Shown here piece after piece: positions 58,930-64,000 of a stretch of DNA of 64,000 nucleotides (positions are counted from its first letter, which is position 1; every line of letters starts with the position of its first letter). The DNA comes from an uncultured Chloroflexota bacterium (GTDB lineage Bacteria > Chloroflexota > Dehalococcoidia > Lucifugimonadales > CAJXCD01). The stretch spans positions 55,991 to 119,990 of the forward strand of contig CAJXCD010000002.1 of NCBI GenBank assembly GCA_913051545.1, written 5' to 3'. A program made the translations under genes and the position numbers. The notes below the pieces were generated by a model. It searched no databases, had not been told where the DNA came from, and worked only from the letters and a program-made list of their open reading frames with translations.

Positions 58930-60522
58930 ATGAATAGGGCTGAGAAGGCCCTTGCAGATATAGACAATACTGATTTAATAAGACGTATTTGGTGTAAAGA
59001 TCATACCGTATGGAGTCCTGATGACAGTGAGATTTCTAGTTCATTAGGATGGTTGGATGTCGATTCTCAAATAGATGGATTAGTTCAGTATCTTAAAAAA
59101 CTCGAGAGTTTTATCCAGTCTTCCGATGTTAGGCATGTAGTTCTATTGGGCATGGGTGGTAGTAGTTTGGGACCAAGGGTACTGAGAGACTTGTTGGGTA
59201 CAAACCTAGGGTGTACTGATCTCATAGTTTTAGATTCCATACTCCCAGGCGTTGTTAAGTCTGTGACAGACGTAATAGATGTTTCAAAGACAATATTTAT
59301 TGTTTCTTCTAAGTCTGGTGCCACGGCAGAAACGAATGCTTTATACAAGTATTTTAGATCTATTGTTGTAGATATACTCGGTGAAAAATCGTTAGGGCAA
59401 AGATTCTTTGCAATAACTAATAAAGATACAGAACTTGAAACAATTAGTAGAAGGGATCTTTTCCGAGACATATTCTTAGCACCTTCAGATGTGGGTGGCA
59501 GATATTCTGTTTTGACCTATTTTGGAATGGTTCCTGCCACGTTTATCGGAGTCGATGTGGCTGTGTTTTTAGGTCGTGCAGCTGTTATGCAAAGATCTTG
59601 TGGACCTGAAATACCTCTTAGAGAAAATCCCGGTGCTGTCTTAGGCGCTCTACTAGGATCAATGGCGTTGGAAGGGCGTAACAAGTTAACTTTGGTTACA
59701 TCTCGTTCACTTGATAGTTTTGGTATGTGGGTGGAACAGTTAATATCTGAAAGTACTTGTAAGGACGGAAAGGGAATAGTACCTATTACAGGAGAGCCTT
59801 TCGTATCTGTTGATTGTTACGGCACGGATCGAGTTTTTGTTTACATCCGTTACGATGATGATGAAAATGATGAAAATGATTCAAAAATGGCTAAAATCGA
59901 AACATCTGGACATCCGGTAATACGATTAAATTTGTCTGATGCCTATGATCTTGGGGCAGAGTTTTACAGGTGGCAATTTGCGACGTCTGTTATAGGAGCT
60001 TTATTAGGAATCAATCCGTTTTCTCAACCTGATGTCGAATTATCAAAAGATAGGGCTAATGTAGCGCTCATACATAATTTCAAATATGGCATGCCTATTG
60101 ATTTCAAATCGTCCCAATCTTTTAAAATGATTTTGAACAAATCGAGGCCAAACGATTATTTCGCCATAATGGTTTTTTGTGAAGTTACAGATAAGATCAA
60201 GATTTTGGTTCAAAAGTTAAGACAGCGGTTATTAGAAAAATATGGTTTACCTACAACAGTTGGATACGCACCTAGATTTTTACACTCTACAGGCCAGATG
60301 CATAAAGGAGGTCCGAATTCGGGTTTATTCCTGCAGTTAATTGCGGATAGATCCGAAGATATAGCTATTCCAGATGAGCCTTATACATTTGGGACTTTAA
60401 CCGATTCACAGGCGATAGGAGATTTGGGTGCACTTTCAGATCTCGGTAGGAGAGTAGCAACTGTTCGTCTTGGTCTTGACCCAGAAAATCAGGTGCTTAA
60501 ACTTATAAAAGACATTGGCTGA
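58930..60522 (+). CDS. pgi: Glucose-6-phosphate isomerase (Tal/Pgi-type PGI domain)
   Basis: GMGGSSLG, SSKSGAT.E, VGGRYS, EQL..EST.K, NPFSQPDVE, HSTGQ.HKGG. Confidence 0.88.
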   Translation: MNRAEKALADIDNTDLIRRIWCKDHTVWSPDDSEISSSLGWLDVDSQIDGLVQYLKKLESFIQSSDVRHVVLLGMGGSSLGPRVLRDLLGTNLGCTDLIVLDSILPGVVKSVTDVIDVSKTIFIVSSKSGATAETNALYKYFRSIVVDILGEKSLGQRFFAITNKDTELETISRRDLFRDIFLAPSDVGGRYSVLTYFGMVPATFIGVDVAVFLGRAAVMQRSCGPEIPLRENPGAVLGALLGSMALEGRNKLTLVTSRSLDSFGMWVEQLISESTCKDGKGIVPITGEPFVSVDCYGTDRVFVYIRYDDDENDENDSKMAKIETSGHPVIRLNLSDAYDLGAEFYRWQFATSVIGALLGINPFSQPDVELSKDRANVALIHNFKYGMPIDFKSSQSFKMILNKSRPNDYFAIMVFCEVTDKIKILVQKLRQRLLEKYGLPTTVGYAPRFLHSTGQMHKGGPNSGLFLQLIADRSEDIAIPDEPYTFGTLTDSQAIGDLGALSDLGRRVATVRLGLDPENQVLKLIKDIG

Positions 60523-60570
60523 CTAAAACATCGTTGCGACACATATTACATGGTTATTTGATTTATGTGT

Positions 60571-60599
60571 TTGACAGTATGTAGTGTCCTAACTATACT
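60571..60599 (+). promoter_or_regulatory. Near-consensus sigma70 promoter for the cupredoxin genes
   Basis: TTGACA-17 nt-TATACT. Confidence 0.7.
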
Positions 60600-60670
60600 G
60601 AGGTTCTCTCGCCCTAGTTGAATTTTACACTTGTCACGTAGAACTGAGGTGTCATGTGCTATCACCGTAT

Positions 60671-61120
60671 ATGAAATCAATTCGTCTGTATTCTGTAGTA
60701 TTCGCACTAGCCCTCACTTCTTTTGTTGTAGCTTGTGGTTCAAGTGGAGGAGAACCAACTGCAGAACCCGAGGCTTGGGAAGCACCTCTTGCTATGGCTG
60801 ATTCTGGTTATCAGGATGTCACTGATAGTATGAAGAGGGGAACGACTAATAGCGGCGATAAGAACGTTACTATAGATGGTTTAGCTCATAAAAATCTGGA
60901 CATTTTAACTGGTACAGTAGTCAAGTGGGAAAACAAAGATGATGTTGCACACACAACAACTTCCGGGTCTTCTGGTGAACCAGACGGATCTTGGGATAGC
61001 GGTGATATAGGACCTGGGGCAGAGTACACATTCAAATTCGATGAAGTTGGAGTGTACGATTACTTTTGCAAAATACATTCTGAGATGACAGGTACTATAA
61101 CTGTTAGGGCAATCGAATAG
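60671..61120 (+). CDS. Cupredoxin (plastocyanin/azurin-like) lipoprotein
   Basis: VVAC lipobox; type-1 Cu ligands AHTT...YFCKIHSEM. Start likely ATG 60671. Confidence 0.88.
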   Translation: MKSIRLYSVVFALALTSFVVACGSSGGEPTAEPEAWEAPLAMADSGYQDVTDSMKRGTTNSGDKNVTIDGLAHKNLDILTGTVVKWENKDDVAHTTTSGSSGEPDGSWDSGDIGPGAEYTFKFDEVGVYDYFCKIHSEMTGTITVRAIE

Positions 61121-61160
61121 TTTTCAGGTACTTTTTCAGTGTGGTTAATAATTACACCAT

Positions 61161-61601
61161 ATGCATAGAAATATTCACATATTTATTGCTCTTGCTTTAG
61201 TTGGGTTCGCTTGTGGTGGCTCGGGTAGTGAAAAGTCGACCGTCGAGCCAGAAGCATGGGAGCCTAGTGAGGGTGTGCTTGCAGCTGAGTATGCCTCTGT
61301 TCCTTCCTATGGTGTGGCTGGACAAAAAAAGGGTGGTGACAGGAGCGTATCCATAGATGTCTTAAATCACCAGGATTTGACAGTTTTAGTTGGTGCAGTA
61401 ATAAATTGGGAAAATGAAGACACTGTTTCGCATACGGTGACATCTGGTATACCAGGTAACGATGACGGAGTTTTTGATTCTGGAGAAATTGCCTCAGGAG
61501 ATAGCTTTGAGTTTAGCTTTTCAGAACCAGGCGAATACTCGTACTATTGTGATATTCACCCTGAGATGACGGCTACTATAACCGTTACATTAGCAGAATA
61601 A
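61161..61601 (+). CDS. Cupredoxin (plastocyanin/azurin-like) lipoprotein
   Basis: GFAC lipobox; SHTV...YYCDIHPEM. Confidence 0.88.
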   Translation: MHRNIHIFIALALVGFACGGSGSEKSTVEPEAWEPSEGVLAAEYASVPSYGVAGQKKGGDRSVSIDVLNHQDLTVLVGAVINWENEDTVSHTVTSGIPGNDDGVFDSGEIASGDSFEFSFSEPGEYSYYCDIHPEMTATITVTLAE

Positions 61602-61829
61602 TTTGTCTGGTTGTGTCTTGTCGAGCTCGTGGAATAAACCCTTGATGAAGATGTAAATCTTTAAATTGATCTGGTCTGTTAGATATGATACGAAGCATAC
61701 TGTTTTTGGATTAATGCCTAATATATATAAGGTTGTTTATACATAAAGCTATTGCACGAAAGTGCCTTTCTGACTATATAAAGGTATAAATATTATTCGG
61801 TGCTGAAAATTTATAGGGAGAAGAATCTA

Positions 61830-62876
61830 GTGCCAAAAATACAAGCAACTGAATTGCACAAAATTGTTAGTGAATTGTTATCGGCCGCTGGTGCTGATGA
61901 AAGAAACTCGGATCGTGTAGCCGAAGCCTTGGTTTCGTCGAATTTGTGTGGCGTAGATACCCATGGTGTATTTCACGTTCCACGCTACATTAATGAGATT
62001 AAAGAAGGTACCCTTATTCCAACAGCTTGGCCCGAGTTAGATACCGAAACTCCTACATCTGCACTGGTAAAGGGTAACTGGACCTTTGGTCATGTTGTTG
62101 CAAAATACAGTATGGAAATAGCTATCGAAAAGGCCTGTGGGCAGGGTATTTCAGTGGTTAGTTTTGTGAGGTCTAATCACATTGGAAGGTTAGGGGAATA
62201 CGCCGAAATGGCTGCCGATGCAGGAATGATATCTCAGATATGGGCATCAGGTTATGGAGTTGGTATGCCTGCAGCTGTGCCTTTTGGAGGCAGGGAACCA
62301 TTTTTGCATTCAAATCCTATTGCTATAGGTATTCCAGGTGGTGATGAGCCAGCTATGATTCTTGATTTCGCGACTACTAACATAGCTAATTCAAAGGTTA
62401 AAATCGCTCAGAATAGAGGACAGGAGGTTCCTCCAAATTCCCTAACTGATGAGGAAGGAAATCCAACAACAGATCCAAGTGGTTATCCAGATGTAGGAGG
62501 ATTGATGCCTTTTGGCGCGCACAAAGGCTACTCAATTATGTTGGCAAATGAGTTTCTGGGAAGAGTATTGTCTGGTGCGGACGGTTTTGTTGAGGAAGGC
62601 AGGGGAGGGGCCGTTATGAGAAATCAAGGGGTGACGATGCTGGTTATGAAATCTGATCTATTTCAAGCAGTTAGTGAATTTGGAAAAAGTTCAGACACTT
62701 TACAGAGAGGAATTAGAGGAGTAGCCCCAAGAAAAGGATTCGAATCGGTAATGGTACCGGGGGATCTGGAAAATAAGGCGCGTTCAGTTAGAAGTATTGA
62801 TGGAATTCCATTACCTGAAGATCACTGGGACGCTCTAATCGATTTAGGTAATGAGCTAGGAGTTAATATCATATAA
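61830..62876 (+). CDS. Ldh_2 family oxidoreductase (malate/L-lactate/ureidoglycolate dehydrogenase-like)
   Basis: GVDTHG, NHIGRLG.Y, NPIAIG, DFATT, FG.HKGY. Start likely GTG 61830 after GGAG. Confidence 0.9.
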   Translation: MPKIQATELHKIVSELLSAAGADERNSDRVAEALVSSNLCGVDTHGVFHVPRYINEIKEGTLIPTAWPELDTETPTSALVKGNWTFGHVVAKYSMEIAIEKACGQGISVVSFVRSNHIGRLGEYAEMAADAGMISQIWASGYGVGMPAAVPFGGREPFLHSNPIAIGIPGGDEPAMILDFATTNIANSKVKIAQNRGQEVPPNSLTDEEGNPTTDPSGYPDVGGLMPFGAHKGYSIMLANEFLGRVLSGADGFVEEGRGGAVMRNQGVTMLVMKSDLFQAVSEFGKSSDTLQRGIRGVAPRKGFESVMVPGDLENKARSVRSIDGIPLPEDHWDALIDLGNELGVNII

Positions 62877-62963
62877 TTACCATTGAATAGGTGGTAGTTG
62901 TACAATTAAGTCATGGCTATGTTTCTATGTGTAAAGTAACATCTCATTTCAGGAGTAAATGTA

Positions 62964-63284
62964 ATGCCAAAGTATTTGATAAAAGCTTCCTACTCACAAG
63001 AGGGAGTTAAGGGACTTTTAAAAGACGGTGGAACTTCAAGGCAAAAAGCGATCGAAGGTTTAGCAGAAAGTCAGGGCGCCAAGATAGAGTCATTCTACTA
63101 TGCGTTCGGTGAGGCAGATATATACTGCATTATCGATGTTCCGGATGAGGCTACAATGACGGCCATATCCCTGACCGTTGCTGCAAGTGGTGCGGTCAGT
63201 CTTAGCACGACGGTTCTTATTGACCCAGAAACTATAGATGCTGCTACGGAGAAGACGGTTAGTTACATTCCACCCGGTCGGTAA
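62964..63284 (+). CDS. GYD domain-containing protein
   Basis: MPKYL....YS.EG, FYYAFGEAD, AGGAG SD. Confidence 0.82.
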   Translation: MPKYLIKASYSQEGVKGLLKDGGTSRQKAIEGLAESQGAKIESFYYAFGEADIYCIIDVPDEATMTAISLTVAASGAVSLSTTVLIDPETIDAATEKTVSYIPPGR

Positions 63285-63321
63285 ACAGGTATTTTTAAAT
63301 AGTAGTCCTGTACAGATGTTC

Positions 63322-63396
63322 GCCAACGTAGCTCAGAGGCAGAGCAGCTGTTTCGTAAACAGCAGGCCGTGGGTTCGATTCCCACCGTTGGCTCCA
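63322..63396 (+). tRNA. tRNA-Thr(CGT)
   Basis: Acceptor stem GCCAACG/CGTTGGC, anticodon stem GCTGT/ACAGC with loop TTCGTAA, TTCGA T-loop, encoded CCA. Confidence 0.95.
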
Positions 63397-63402
63397 TCCT
63401 CA

Positions 63403-64000
63403 CTATAAGATTATGTATTGGTGATACAGTTTTTCTTCATCTACTTCGACTATTCGAATGCCAGATGGGTCTTCGCCAATAGGAAATGTGATTGGTCCGG
63501 AAGTGATTAGTTCCGTATTTTTGTAAGAGATTACGTTGTTGGCGTGCCAGTGCCCTGTAAAAACTGCTTTCACATCGAACTTGGAAATTAAGTTTAGGAT
63601 TAATGATCTTTGACTTATCGGTAAGACCATATGGCCGTCGTCCTCATTTGGGTCAGTTCCAAACAGTGGATGATGCATAAATACAAATTGATACTTCGAG
63701 TTGAATTTCTTGCCAACTTGCAATTGGTTTTCCAGAAATTGTGTTTGTATCACGTTTTCACCTGGGACTTTAGACCAGTCAGACAGTACGCAACTATTCA
63801 GCATTATGAAATGACAATCTTTATGGAAAAAGCTGTAATAATCTGCGCCAAACCTCTCCCTGTATCGCTCTATATCTATTTTTTCGGGAGTGTTGGTTAA
63901 ATCTGAATTTCCAGGAGTAAAATAGTAAGGACAATTTAGCGTGGCATACAACTCTTTAATAATATCAACGTGTTTTTGTTCTAGCCTGTCTTGAACTAAA
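63403..64000 (-). CDS. Calcineurin-like metallophosphoesterase, N-terminus beyond the window edge
   Basis: Frame stays open to the window end; PGNSD, FMHHP, FTGHWH. Confidence 0.85.
   Translation of the reverse strand, partial: LVQDRLEQKHVDIIKELYATLNCPYYFTPGNSDLTNTPEKIDIERYRERFGADYYSFFHKDCHFIMLNSCVLSDWSKVPGENVIQTQFLENQLQVGKKFNSKYQFVFMHHPLFGTDPNEDDGHMVLPISQRSLILNLISKFDVKAVFTGHWHANNVISYKNTELITSGPITFPIGEDPSGIRIVEVDEEKLYHQYIIL

Noticed and set aside
63322-63420. tRNA-Thr as a possible integration site
   Set aside because: No integrase or phage genes are present, and I saw no duplicated tRNA 3' end in the window.

Overview
AT-rich chromosomal window with dense housekeeping and catabolic genes. 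Gene content suggests a marine Dehalococcoidia/SAR202-like Chloroflexota genome (inference: 11-subunit complex I, PAC2, PhyH/HpcH/SDR/Ldh_2 catabolic genes, GAAC-N4-GTTC SOS box). Left to right: a partial Cys-His-Asp protein missed by the ORF track; CbbQ/NorQ-type AAA + large vWA partner with coaE and a CoA Nudix; selA; rarA; tdh/ltaE; fumC; an orphan plus a stand-alone sigma70-region-4 protein; a tRNA nucleotidyltransferase; an OsmC-family selenoprotein (in-frame UGA + SECIS-like hairpin); a carbohydrate catabolic cluster; an SOS-box-preceded small gene + ftsZ; nuoABCDHIJK-x-LMN (no nuoEFG); a polyprenyl synthase-yjbQ-hpnCDE squalene cluster; pxpABC divergent from oadG(ATC start)-oadB-BCCP; tal-pgi; two cupredoxin lipoproteins; tRNA-Thr(CGT). 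Best candidates for new biology: (1) PxpABC with an extended PxpC as the possible missing carboxyltransferase of a Na+-pumping biotin decarboxylase, (2) a putatively LexA-controlled ftsZ operon, (3) the OsmC selenoprotein. No mobile element or CRISPR array was seen. All calls are from manual reading; no searches were run.
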